This document shows, piece after piece, positions 25,465 to 37,365 of a stretch of 55,662 bases of DNA. Source of the DNA: Squalus acanthias (lineage: Eukaryota); the NCBI GenBank assembly GCA_030390025.1, contig CM059446.1, positions 23,816,339-23,872,000 of the forward strand, given 5' to 3'. The position numbers and the translations under genes are program-made. The notes below the pieces were generated by a model. The model did not search any database and was not told the DNA's origin. It saw only the letters and a program-made list of their open reading frames with translations. Positions within the stretch are counted from its first letter, which is position 1. Each line of letters starts with the position of its first letter.

Positions 25465-25800
25465 AATACCCAACATGCATTGCACAAACTCGCCCCATTA
25501 CCCAGCATGCACGGCTCACACCAGCATTGCCCAACAAGGACAAGGCAGAAAGGCCACATTGCCCAGCACGCATCGCGCAACACTGTCATAATGCCCAGCA
25601 TGCATTGCGCAACACTGTCATAATGCCCAGCATGCATTGCGCAACACTGCCATCTTACCCAGCACGCATTGCGCAACACTGCCATCTTACCCAGCACGCA
25701 TTGCGCAACCCTGTCATAATGCCCAGCATGCATTGTGCAGCCCTGCCATATTACCCAGAATACAAACTATAAAACCTGTTTTTTTAACCAGCATGCACTG
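25465..25800. repeat. Minisatellite with 31-32 bp unit (gcccagcatgcattgcgcaacactgtcataat)
   Basis: Direct inspection; several well-conserved central units with degenerate flanking units. Confidence 0.92.
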
Positions 25801-28800
25801 CAGATATCTAGCTTAAAGCCACCGTTGGGCAAGGGGTGGAGATGAGCAGGTATGTTACTTCCAGTTTATTTTTGTCGCCCCCCCTTCCCCCTGCTTCAAA
25901 TCCCAGCACTGTCCCAATGTCCCAACTACATTTGGCTGCACTAAATGTCAACAGTTTCTGAATGGGCAGTTCAGATTTCATAAAAAACAAATTGCATGTG
26001 TACGTCACATGCACAGCTGCTAATTCTTCTTTTCCCTCTCAAAATCTTGGCAGCTCTTTGAAGTTAAAATGTAGCATGTACCAGGTAGGGGATAGACTGG
26101 ACTCAGCTCGGACCAGGTCTGTTGAACTCCAACTCGCACCCAAAACGAGGAGTATGGCAAATAAAAAGGTGAGGTGTGCCTGGCCTTGGCTGGAGTCTCA
26201 GCAAGAGGAGGATCAATGGTGGCAAGTTTGGTGTCACCATCCTGCTGGCCTGGCCAGAGACTCAATGGTTGGGAATGGGCCTGCTCGCCCTACTGCTCTA
26301 TCCAGCGGAGGATGGACAGTGACAAGTGATGGTCCTGTTCTCCAGCCTGAAGCCAGAAGCTTTTGAAAAGCAAAGGGCAGAGTTGGGTCGGCAGCTCTGG
26401 TTGGATGTATTCCTGCAAGTTTCATCACATGACCTCCCATCTCCAACTGCCCGATGAGTTTTCTCCTGATGTTGCTTGGGGCAGTGTCCTGGAGATTAAT
26501 CTTCAATTCCTGGAGACTCCAGGGCAATCCTGGATGGTTGATGACCCTATGGCAGAGAGCAGTGGCCTCTGGAATAGTAGGAACACAACAGTATGACCAG
26601 GGAGGTGACATTACAATGTTAGACAGATTGGGTCATCCGCCCGCAATGGATTCTGCTTATTTTTGTGAAAGTGGAGTTCTCGCCAGGTGAGGAAAGTCCT
26701 TGTGTCTTGAGATGACCTCACTCACTCCTAGGTCAGGTACAGCATGGGTTGGAGCTCCCTCTGCACCATCCCAGCTCTGACCTGGGAACAGGTCCTACCG
26801 AACCAATGCAATATTCTAATTCCCCAGCCAGACACGGAGGACGGAAAAGCTTTCTTTTCAGCAAGGGCTCAATCTGAACTGGGATTCCCTACGAGCTCAT
26901 TGTGTTTCGCATCTGCTGAATTCTACACAAAGCTCGTCTTTGCCTCTGGGTTTTTTGCAGATTAGATACACTGAGGCGGAGATATAGTAGGAGTAATTAC
27001 TTCAGACTCTGGTGCTGAGGCAGAGTCTCGAGAGATGTGAGCGCGGGTCAGAGATTGGGACAGGAGGCTTATTCTCTGACTCATCACCATTGGGAAAGCT
27101 CTGTATCAGCAGTAAAACCTCACACCATCACCCCGTTATCAAAACCCCACAAAACATGCTTCAAATCCAAACACCAACCCGTCAACAGGCAACACTCTCT
27201 CTGTTTTGTTGCTCGATGAAGTCAATGGACTAATTCGGGGTATGGGCCTCCCTCCAGTCCCTCACACAACGGGCCATTTTCAGTTGTGAAACTAGACAGG
27301 GTCAGTGGGCTATTCAACCATGGGAGGTACTGCAGCTGCACCAATCCGATTCTCATCCGGCATCCACGCATAGACGCACTTTGAGCAGGAGCACCAGCAT
27401 CGGCGGTGTTGGAGAACCTCAACATGATGCTGACCGGCAATTCTGATCAATACCCCATTCTGCGAGGACTGTCCAGAAGCAGAGGCAGGGCTGTGGGTTC
27501 ATGGGCAGGTGACGGTCACAGAGCCTACTCCATGAAGACCACGGCATCAGTCTGTTCCCACACACGCGCTGTTTTGTTGTCCAGCTTAGCGTTGTGAAAA
27601 TTACCGAGCAGCCATCTTGAACCCAGCGGACAGGAGGCCATCTTGCCTCCCTGAGAGCACCAGTGGGAGACGGTGTCACCCAATGACAGAATGTTCTTTC
27701 AAAAATTAAATCAGGCAGTAAACTCATAACCTGGCGGCGATACAAACACAAGGGCCTGGAAAACCCTGCAGCCCCACTCCCCGGGTGTTAAGTGCAGCAG
27801 AGCAGATACCCTGTCTGTTCTTACCGAAATCTCGGGGCTGGGGTCACTTGCCTAACCGGACCAGGCCACCCCCCAGCTCGAGACAGTCGGCCCTTGTAAG
27901 GGTGAGTGGGTCCTCCCAAGGCCCAAGTGGGCCAAAGGCAATATATTTAGTTATATATAAAAATTCTTCAGCGGTGACTGGAGCCACTCGAGACTACAGA
28001 GGTAATCAATCCCCTCTAGGATCGATCACCCTATTCTAGTGAAGGTTTGGGGGGCCTTTAGAAGGCCTCCAAGAGACTCTCAGTAGGTCTCCACTGACCT
28101 GGGTTCCACTGAGGACTTTCAGGGGGGTAAAGGGAACAATTATCTCAGAGAAACCTGGGAACTCACTCCAACACAGCCCCAAGACAGTGAGGAGGAGGAG
28201 GAAATGCAAGATCTGCCAATGGCCGCCCCCCTCCCCCCCACAACCAGAATTTAAGGGTTCAGTCTAAACAGTGCTGAATACTGTCGGAGTCGGGTTTCAG
28301 CTCTCCTCCGCCCACCCTCCTTCCAGGCAGGTATAAATGTGACCAATGCCCTCTCCAGTCCTGGGAAATGTGGTGGCAATGTGTAACAGAGTGCAAACAA
28401 GGAGTTTATGAGAGTGAATTATAGCCTCGCAGGATAAAGCCAGGAGTGGTCTCCACCAGCGTTTACCTTGTATATATCGGTCGTTTTTCTTCAGTTGCCT
28501 GAGCACAGAGGTCGGAACACACTAGGAAGAGGGTGGAAAGAGAGAGAGTTTTGGGGGTTTACTTGGGCGTGTTTTTACACGCAGCACACAGGAAACTCCC
28601 AATCTAAAACTACACACATTTATACAGAAAACATTGGAAATACACAGCGTCAGACATCAACCAACTTCCATTTCAAATACCGACTCCCCTGCTGTGTATT
28701 TCCGACATTTGTCTGTTAATTGTCTCTGTGTGTGACCCTCGTTAAGCATTGTGTACTGGACGTCCCCTCTCTACTCATCAGCCCGTCCGTGCATCCTTGT

Positions 28801-29011
28801 TGTGGCCCTGAGTTTATGATCCCATCCGTCTCTTGGATCATCTCTTGCCTTCAGCTTCTTTTCTCAATCTTGTCCCTTTCTCCTCGTTGTTAATTTTTTC
28901 CCCTTTCCTTCTGTCACTCATTTTTTTCTCTCTCTTTATTGCTGTCCCTACTCTTTCTCTCCCATCCCCTTGTTGTTCCACCCATGGGCTATGCACCAGC
29001 AACACCACTCA

Positions 29012-29412
29012 AGAATGAGAGGGGATCTCATTGAAACTTATAAAATTCTAACAGGACTAGACAGACTAGATACAGGAAGGATGTTCCCGATGGCAGGGGA
29101 GTCCAGAACCAGAGGTCACAGTCTAAGGATAAGGGGTAAGCCATTTAGGACAGAGATGAGGAGGAATTTCTTCACCCAGAGAGTGGTGAACCTGTGGAAT
29201 TCTCTACCACAGAAGGTAGTTGAGGCCAACTCATTAAATATATTCAAGAAGGAGTTAGATATATTTCTTAAGGCTAAAGGGATCAAGGGATATGGGGAGA
29301 AAGCAGGGACAGGGTACTGAGTTTGGATGATCAGCCATGATCTCATTGAATGGCGGAGCAGGCTCGAGGGGCCGAATGGCCTACTCCTGCTCCTATCTTC
29401 TATGATTCTATG
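29012..29412 (+). mobile_element. 5'-truncated CR1 LINE (ORF2 C-terminus plus 3' UTR)
   Basis: RMRGDLIETYKILTGLDRLDTGRMFPMAGESRTRGHSLRIRG...FFTQRVVNLWNSLP, followed by the CR1 tail. Confidence 0.95.
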
Positions 29413-29417
29413 CATAA

Positions 29418-29902
29418 ACACCAAAACTCTGCTGCCCGTATCCTAACCTGCATCAAATCCCGCTCACCCGTCACCCCTGTGCTCCTTGACCTACATTGGC
29501 TTCCAGTCCACCAAGGCCTATATCTTAAAATTCTCACACAAGTGTTCAAATCCCTCCATGGGCTCATCGCTCCCTATCCCTGTGGCTTCCGCCAGCCCTA
29601 CAACCCTCCGAGAACTCTGCGTTTCCTCCACCTCTGGCCTGTTGCGCGTGCCCCAATCCCTCCGCCCCACCATTGGCGGCCGAAGCTTCAGCTCCTTGGC
29701 ATGGAGCTGTGGAATTCTCTCCCTAAACCGCTCTGCCTCTACCTTCCTTTAAGACCCTCCTTAAAACCCACCACTTTAGCGAAGCTTTTAGTCACCCAGG
29801 CTAATATTGCCTTCTTTGGCTGTGTGTCAGGTTTTGTCTGATTAAGTTCCTGCGCCTTGGGATGTTTTCCTACGTTACAGGTGCTATATAAATGCAAGTT
29901 GC
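29418..29902 (+). mobile_element. L2-clade LINE 3' end
   Basis: QNSAARILT...SPVTPVLLDLHWLPV and SGLLRVP...TIGGRSFS across frameshifts; tail ggtgctatataaatgcaagttg. Confidence 0.85.
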
Positions 29903-30498
29903 CACTGCATAAAAAAAAAAGGGAACTGAGCGCTCTCTAATGTCCTCGGCAGATCACAGTTTTGGTGGTTTTGCCGAACCACAGAAGCTTGCAGCACAGA
30001 AGGAGGCCACTCAGCCCATCGTGCCCGTGCTGGCTCTTTGCTAGATCAGACCAAAACGTATCCCGCAACCCTGCTCTCACCTCATAACCTAGGCAAGTGT
30101 CCTTCATCTTAAACGGGATCATTTCCAAAAACTTTGTTGGAACAGTAGATTCGGGAAATATCCGTACTGATGCTCAAATCTCAGGAAATCCGATAGGGGG
30201 GAAAAAAGGCTCCCCATTCCTCGGTTTCTGATGTGTAAGCGTGGAACAAACTACAAGATAAACACTGCACTGTTTCTCAGTGTTCAGTACGAAAGGAAAT
30301 ATTACACCACAGCAATGACTCTGTAAAGCAGCTCGGGCTTCAATCTCCGTGAAAACAACTTCGCATCGAGTTCATGCTGCACAGCAACTCTAGAGAAGGA
30401 GCAAACACAGCAGGTTGGAGCGACAGGGGGGCTCTTCATGCTGCCCGTCAGCAGGTCACACCACACAACACACTACCACAATATGGCGGCCCACTAAC

Positions 30499-30518
30499 TT
30501 GGCTGCAGTGTTGATGAT
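30499..30518 (-). CDS. LDB3: LDB3 skeletal-type 20-nt microexon (IINTAAN; Cypher exon 5 equivalent)
   Basis: Acceptor ACTAAACCATCTTTTTAATTCTTTCCTCCCACAG|, donor CAA|GTTAGT; phase 0 to 2. Positional and sequence counterpart of mammalian VVVNSPAN. Confidence 0.88.
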
Positions 30519-31745
30519 CTGTGGGAGGAAAGAATTAAAAAGATGGTTTAGTTCTCAAATCACACTGAAGTGCAGCGCACTCTGGAATAACCCGACCTGT
30601 CGCAGCTCCTCTTCTGGTGGGGGGGGACACGAATTTCCCCATGTGTTATCCCCCACCCCACCTCCACAGAGGGGCGCTCAGCAATTTTCACTGAACACAT
30701 CAACGAATAAAATATTCTGCTATGACTGGATTCTACTTGATGAATGTTGCACAGGATTGAAGACGGGAGGGCTCCTTTTTTCAGTGTGTGACTGCACCAA
30801 CAGATCTGTGATCGGAGCTGGAAAAACCAACCCTCGGACAACCAGGTGCGAACTCACTACAGACGGTCCAGTTATCAAACACCATATAGAGGCACCAGGA
30901 CCCATTAGCTATGTAGATTCCATGAGCACAGGACCTGTACAGAACACTGGGGCACATCACACATCCAACACATCAGGTACCCGACCTGACCCTTAAATAG
31001 GAAATGATAGAGCGTTACCACGGGCAGAGAGACACAACTTTTACAGAATGAAGGTTCTCAAAGGCTAGTCCTGAATCTAAGAGTCACAGAGCCAAGGTTG
31101 GGACCAGCGTAGTATTTGACTGTGTACACAGGGCATCAATGGCAGCATATAGACAGCTGAGACTGTCGTGGGTTGTGCTGAATTTATTTCCCTCCGTATT
31201 ACTCCAGGTGACTGTGGCCTCCACCCCCACCCCGCCGTGTCCAGCCACATTCAGATCTCCAGGAAAGGCGTCTCTGGCACAACGCCAACTCAACTTGCCG
31301 TTTGGCAAGTGGCCGAGTTCATTCCTATGAGAAGCCCGTCCATAGTGGGGTCGAAGTGCACCGTGCTACCATAACCACAGACGCCAATCCGAGAGGTACA
31401 AGGCAATCCGTAACGTCAAGAGAAGGAGAAGAGTGAGCCATACTCCTGCCCCCCCGACTCCCATCACCCTCGGTGCCCACTGAGCAAACAGCCGACCGGG
31501 CCAACAAGCTGGCTCAGACTGGGGCAGCGCTTGTACCCCTGGAGTTAGCACCTTACGGTACCAGCCAGCAACAAGATGATTACAGTCAAGACGATTACAC
31601 AGCTGGGGGAAATGTCTTTCAGTACAATTTCTGCTGCTGTAGCTGTCCAGGATTAAACTGTGTCAGAGTACAGTGATTGAAGGCAGCGCGGCTGAGAATT
31701 GTACTATTGCAGTACTTCAATATAGCCACCAGGGGCCAATAATCA

Positions 31746-31865
31746 AGGGTCATCGAGCTGAAACGTTAACTCTGTTTCTCGCTCCACAGATGCTGCCTGA
31801 CCTACTGAGTATTCCCAGCATTTTCTGTTTTTATTTCAGATTTCCAGCATCTGTGGTATTTTGCT
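31746..31865 (+). mobile_element. Penelope-like terminal repeat fragment (hammerhead core truncated)
   Basis: gggtcatcgagctgaaacgttaactctgtttctc...gatgctgcctgacct...ttccagcatctg; same family as 20513, 48132 and 55208. Confidence 0.7.
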
Positions 31866-32087
31866 AATAATCAACGCTGGCGTTCTAGCGCCCCCTGTGG
31901 CACTGCATCACCATCTTCTACAGGCCCACGGCACTTTTCAGGCCTTGTTTTAGTTTGACATTCCAAAAGCAGCAGTTACAATGGAGACCCTCTGTAATAC
32001 AGACTAATAACTGAAAGGCAAGTACAGTTTCTTCTTCCATTATCTCTCTCCATCTCTCCTGCACACACTCAGCGTACCTAAGGAAGG

Positions 32088-32593
32088 AGCGCAACGAAGA
32101 TTCACCAGACTGGTTCCTGGGATGGGGGGGGGGGGATTGTCCTATGAGGAGAGATTGAGTAGACTAGGCCTATATTCTCTAGTATTTAGAAGAATGAGAA
32201 GTGATCTCATTGAAACATACAAAATTCCTACAGGGCTTGACAGGGTAGATGCAGGGAGGATGTTTCCCCTGGCTGGGGAGTCTAGAACCAGGGGTCACAG
32301 TCTCAGAATAAGGGGTCGGCCATTTGGGATCGAGATGAGGAGAAATTTCTTCACTCAGAGAGTGGTGAATCTTTGGAATTCTCTACCCCAGAGGGTTGTA
32401 GAGGCTCAGTCGTTGGGTATATTCAAGACAGAAATCGATAGATTTTTGAATATTAAGGGAACCAAGGGATATGGGGATCAGGCGGGAAAGTGGAGAGGAG
32501 GTAGAAGATCAGCCATGATCTTATTGAATGGCGGAGCAGGCTCGAAGGGCCGAATGGCCGACTCCTGCTCTTATTTCTTATGTATGTTCTTAT
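32088..32593 (+). mobile_element. 5'-truncated CR1 LINE
   Basis: LSYEERLSRLGLYSL..RRMRSDLIETYK...FFTQRVVNLWNSLP, followed by the CR1 tail. Confidence 0.95.
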
Positions 32594-33219
32594 GGTACAA
32601 ATGGAGAGCAGCAGAAAAACAGTACAAAAATTATAGATATTAAATCTTCATTACAACATGCAACGCTTTCTGGGCCAATACTGTTAAAAAAAAGTTACTC
32701 TTAGAGTTGTTTACAATTATTCACAACGTTGAAAGTGATCTGGGTTCAGTTGCTTTTTCCATAGCTCTGCCTTTCTGTGTCTCAGAATCCTCCCTTTCAC
32801 TTGCCCCCTCCCTCCGTCTCCATGAGGTCGACCCTCCCACCCTCTTCATCGCTCTGAATTTTTCCCTGCTGGACTGGGGAAGGCTGAAGTGTTTTGCGTG
32901 TTCATTGCCATCAGTCTGAAAGAAATTGGACTCCCGCCTCACTCGGCTACAGTTACACTTGCAGCTGCTCGGAGTGCTGCCGTATTTGGAAGTAAAATGT
33001 GGAGCTGCTTAGTAGGCACAACCTTTCCAGAGAGATATGGTGACCATTCTACTCAAAGTAGCAACAGATCCAAGAATGAAAGATAGGGCTTCAATCTCAA
33101 TGAGCCATTGCCGGTTTGCAATACTGTGACTGTTCAATCCTCACCGCTTTTTCAACATCACCGCCCTTCTCGTGGAGAAAGACATCTTTATAAATCTCTT
33201 CCTGAGATGTCTACACATT

Positions 33220-34121
33220 GGCCCCGATAGTTACGGGGTGGGAGCGGGGGATTGTAGCGCCTGCGAAATACGAGTAACCTGGAGGTCTTCCCGAATTTAA
33301 CGGCAGAACCACAGTTGCATTTTTTGTCTCCGTTTCCCAGCCGGACAGATTGAAAGGCCGGCTGGCTGTCGAGCGGGAAGGCCTGGGCTGGTAGGCCGCA
33401 GCTGGGGAGCGGAGTGGAGGGAGGGAGAGATCGTGCTGTGGGGGGGCCTGCAGATTGCGGCAGGTTAGCTTGGTGGGCCAGAGGGAAAGCACTCCTGCTG
33501 CTCCTGGCCCACAAGCAGTGCTGGAAAGGCACTCACCTGCTGGATCCGGCCCTACTCCCACAGTCCAAAAATGTGCGGGTTAGGTTGATTTGGCTATGAT
33601 AAATTGACCCTTAGTGTTAGGGGGGGATTAAATATGTGGGGTTACGGGGATAGGATGGGATATGTTAGGGGGAATTAAATACGTGGGGTTACGGGGATAG
33701 GGTGGGATATGTGTCGGTGCAGGCTCGATGGGGATTCTGTGTGAGAAAGCAGGGACAGGGTACTGGATTTGGATGATCAGCCATGATCGTATTGAATGGT
33801 GGAGCAGGCTCGACGGGCCGAATGGCCTACTCCTGCTCCTAGTTTCTATGTTTCTACTCGCCTCCCTTCAGCTGCCGGGTTTCCCGAGCCCTGGAAAACT
33901 CGGCCCGCAGCCGTTAAATGTAAAAACACGCTAAAATTTGAGTCACGCAGCCTCATTAATATATTGAAATTATGGACCAGCCTCTCGAGAACAAGTTAGC
34001 CGACCATCCCCCAACCCGCCTCCGTTAAAACCAGAAGTGGGTGCGTAGGAAGTGGGTTCCAGATTTTTGAAATTTTAATCCCCCGCCCCAGCCCTTTGTG
34101 TGGGGTTAAAATTGCCCCCCC
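33220..34121. mobile_element. GC-rich non-autonomous DNA element (Harbinger-like) carrying an internal SINE/CR1 insertion
   Basis: Starts att|ggccccgatagttacggg and ends ggttaaaattgccccccc|act; termini resemble the neighbouring element at 34161. Confidence 0.55.
33556..33856 (+). mobile_element. HE1-like V-SINE 3' part with an internal ~45-bp tandem duplication, joined to a CR1 tail
   Basis: ctcccacagtccaaaaatgtgcgggttagg...aaattgacccttagtgt; the unit gttagggggg.attaaata.gtggggttacggggatagg occurs twice; then gagaaagcagggacagggtactg...gatcagccatgat. Confidence 0.7.
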
Positions 34122-34160
34122 ACTGTGTCAATGCAGAGTGCAAGCAAGAGCAAACAGATT

Positions 34161-34814
34161 GGCCCCGATATTAATGGGGAGGCTGCGGGAGAGGCCGAAA
34201 ACAGCCGATGATCCCGGCGAGGCCAGGGACATGGAGACCTTGCCGGTCTGAACGGCAGGGCCTTAACATATTGTAGAGCCACCTCCCGCCTGGCAATCGG
34301 TCAAATGAACAGTCTGGCCGGAAGCACTAGCATCAGGAGGCCGGGGAGCCTTGGGGACCGCCCCAGGCACTGGGAAGGGAACAACAGCTCCGGGTGGCGA
34401 TCGGGAGGGCGGCAGATGGTGGGAGGAGGCTGGAGATCGGAGCTGGGGACCGCCGAAGCTTCCTCGAGGGGTCTAGGTCCTGGCCCACAAGGTGCTGAAA
34501 GAGCCATTTACATTGGGGAGCCGGCAACTCCCGCCTCAGTTCAGCTGCCGGGGATCCCACAGCTCGGGCCTCCCCCTCACTTTCTGTTCAATTTAAGTCG
34601 TGGCGTTAATGATGTCATCAGGCCGCAACTTTGGTTTGTTAATTAGGCCCCTGCCTGCCTTTTGCGGGAGCCTCGTCCATGGCCTGATTTCTGCACTTTA
34701 TAATTTAAAGGGTCGGGAATGAGTTCGGGTGGCCAGATCCTAATATTTTAACGCCCCGCCTCCCGCCCATCAAGGAGATGGGGGGGTGGGGGGAGGGGGG
34801 TTAAATTCAAGGCC
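34161..34814. mobile_element. GC-rich non-autonomous DNA element (Harbinger-like)
   Basis: att|ggccccgatattaat ... gttaaattcaaggcc|att: imperfect TIRs with a 3-bp ATT TSD. Confidence 0.65.
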
Positions 34815-35078
34815 ATTGTCTCACTGACTATGAAAATACGGTTCCCTCCTTCACCCCACTTTCCCTGACCTGGCAGAGGCCTTGTGACCCGAGAGAGTGA
34901 TAGGTCAGTCGATAGTCCTTCCTGTTCATATGCAAACTGAAATTCATCTCTCCCTTAGGTTGAAACCCGGAAGGTCTGATCATTATCCGTTGGGTCTGCA
35001 CTGGCAGGTCATGGGATGAGGGGGAATATGGTCCCAGAGTCAATCGCTCTACAATCACCCCCAGAGGCAACCGCTCAC

Positions 35079-35108
35079 CTTATTTACAGTACCTTCCAAA
35101 ATATGCAT
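35079..35108 (-). CDS. LDB3: Candidate 30-nt LDB3 microexon (MHILEGTVNK)
   Basis: Polypyrimidine tract TTTCCCTTTCAATTTTTCTTGGAGCAG| and strong donor AAG|GTGAGC. Open in phase 0-0, which fits between the PHQK exon and the 20-nt exon. No mammalian homolog recognised. Confidence 0.55.
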
Positions 35109-35257
35109 CTGCTCCAAGAAAAATTGAAAGGGAAACAGAACCAAATAGAAATGTAAAAACTGCCACGGAAAAGGCAATCAATTCAACAGCGTGGAGTCTC
35201 TCCCTGCCCGTGGTCCAGTGTTACTACAACGTGAAAAGTTACTCACAGAATCATAAT

Positions 35258-36004
35258 GGCCCGAAAATTAGACCTAATACGCGAGAGTACGCACTGTGTA
35301 CTCTCGCGTTTTAGGTCTCCAATTGCCGGTTTCCAGCATGCACTGCGCATGCGCAGGAAACCGGCACTTTGTGAACTCAAAAGGGGGCGGTTCCTAAGTG
35401 AACCGCGTGCGCGCTACAGGCTGCGCGCACGCAGTGCACTTAGTGCTTTGAACGCGCAGGTAAGCATGGAAGATTTTGCACATAAAGAAAGGAGGCGTAA
35501 GACCCTCTTTTAACAAGGTAAGTAGTTAATTAAGTATTATTTTAATTTTTTTTCAACAGGTTTATCTTTTTTAGAGACTTTAAAGAAAGGTAAGTTTATT
35601 TTTATAACTTTTAAAAAGATTAAATTTTTTCAAAAATTTAATTTTTTGTTTAAAATGGTTAATTTATTTAACTATACTTATTTTATTAATGTGATGGCTT
35701 TTTAAAAAAAAAAATTTAATTGAGGTTTAGCCGTTCTTTTGGGGGGGGTATAGATTCATAGCTTTGACAGCCCTTGCTGTCAAAACTATGAATGAAAGAT
35801 GGTGTGCTGCCATTGGCTCTAACTGAATCACGTGATCCCAGTGCTCGCACGAACTAACTCCGTCTCTGGGATACGCAAGCACTGCACAGCTGCAGCCTTG
35901 AAACGAAAGTTCGAGAGAGCTCGGAGGGAAAAGGTAGGCGCGGAGTGAGATATCGCGGGGAAGCCTTACCCCCGCAGGAACGCTCCGTCTTTAATTTCTG
36001 GGCC
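35258..36004. mobile_element. Non-autonomous DNA transposon with AT-rich core and CpG-rich arms
   Basis: taatggcccgaaaatta ... taatttctgggccatta inverted termini. Confidence 0.7.
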
Positions 36005-36454
36005 ATTAGTACAAAACTGCAGAGATCCTCCATTTGCTCAGTGATCGATAATTATCGTCGCTCATGATGAGCAAATACAACATGACAGATGTTTGGGGGC
36101 ACCTCACACGAGACAACTGGCCCTCGTTAGCACACTCAAGGCATCACCGATCCAGGATTTAAATGGCCACCATTAGCAACACACCCTTGATCTCTGTGCT
36201 CAGATGTGTTTCCATGTAGGCGGGCAGTGTAGAGAGAGATGGATGGTGGTGGAGAGAAAGATGGGGGCCGGCAGCGAGATGGATGGTGGCAGTGTTGGAG
36301 AGAGACTACGATATAAAACATAACAGAATGCATTATTTCAAATAATCTAAGAATTGGTCGACGCAAACGTGAGCAGGCAACTTGAGCCTTTGCACAGAGG
36401 GAGCTAACGGCCAGACTATGATAGCCAATCCACTGGACTCACCTATAACACGGT

Positions 36455-36832
36455 CAGCCTTGACTCAGTGCGTACCACACTCGCCTCAGAAGGTAGTGGG
36501 TTCAAATCCCACTCTATATACTTAGAGTACATGATGTAGGCCGACACTCCTGTGCAGCACTTTCGGATGAGACTTTAAACCGAGGTCCCATCTGCTCTCT
36601 CAGGTGGACATAAAAGATCCCATGGCACTATTTGAAGAAGAGCAGGGGCGTTCTCCCCAATATTTATCCCTCAATCAACATCACTAAAATGGATTATCTG
36701 GTCATTCATCTCATTGCTGTTTGTGGGGTCTTGCTGTGTGCAAATTAGCTGCCGCGTTTCCTACATTACAACAGTGACTACACATCAGAAGTACTTCATT
36801 GGCTGTGAGGTCATGAAAGGCGCTATATAAAT
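36455..36832 (+). mobile_element. tRNA-derived DeuSINE (SacSINE1/AmnSINE-like)
   Basis: A/B-box-like head (tgactcagtg ... gggttcaaatccc), Deu-domain-like core tttcggatgagac.ttaaaccgaggtcc...taaaagatcccatggcactatttgaagaagagcagggg, and L2-like tail aaggcgctatataaa. Confidence 0.8.
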
Positions 36833-37132
36833 TCACTCATAACATGATTCATGCTAACTAGGTTAATAAACCCTTCAAACATTCACACAGATAATCTGCA
36901 GAGAATCAGTTCACTGTATTGGCATCACAACAACAGTGCAGAGATGCAGAACCTCAAATGCTATCCACTCAGCAGAGGATTACAGACATAACAAAAGACC
37001 AATATACACAAAATAAAATGATCCTTGGCAGACAACAGTAACTGAAACCCAGCTAGGCCCAGGCCCTCTCACTGCACTGTGTGCTCCAACCTCGTCCCGC
37101 TTTCAAAGGTGCCTCTTCCACCTCGGGACTGC

Positions 37133-37365
37133 CGGCCCCCCATCTCTCCCTACGCTGCCCCACCATCTCTCTCTCTCTCTCTCTACACTGCCCCATCTCT
37201 CGCTCTCTCTCTACACTGCCCCATCTCTTACTCTCTCTCTCTCTACACTGCCCCATCTCTTACTCTCTCTCTCTCTACACTGCCCCATCTCTCACGCTCT
37301 CTCTCTCTCTCTACACTGCCCCATCTCTCGCGCTCTCTACACCACCAGGGCCCCCATCTCTCGCC
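37133..37365. repeat. Compound minisatellite ctacactgccccat(ct)n
   Basis: Direct inspection; explains the repetitive ORFs at 37053-37450. Confidence 0.92.

Noticed and set aside
25465-25800. 31-32 bp repeats as a CRISPR-like array
   Set aside because: Units are head-to-tail without unique spacers, there are no cas genes, and the DNA is vertebrate intron; it is a minisatellite.
30415-30996. 193-aa plus-strand ORF (and similar ORFs at 23290, 6669 and 54114)
   Set aside because: Non-ATG starts, no recognisable domains, and antisense to LDB3 introns; expected by chance.
36455-36520. tRNA gene
   Set aside because: The A/B-box-like motifs belong to a SINE head followed by a Deu domain; no cloverleaf is evident.
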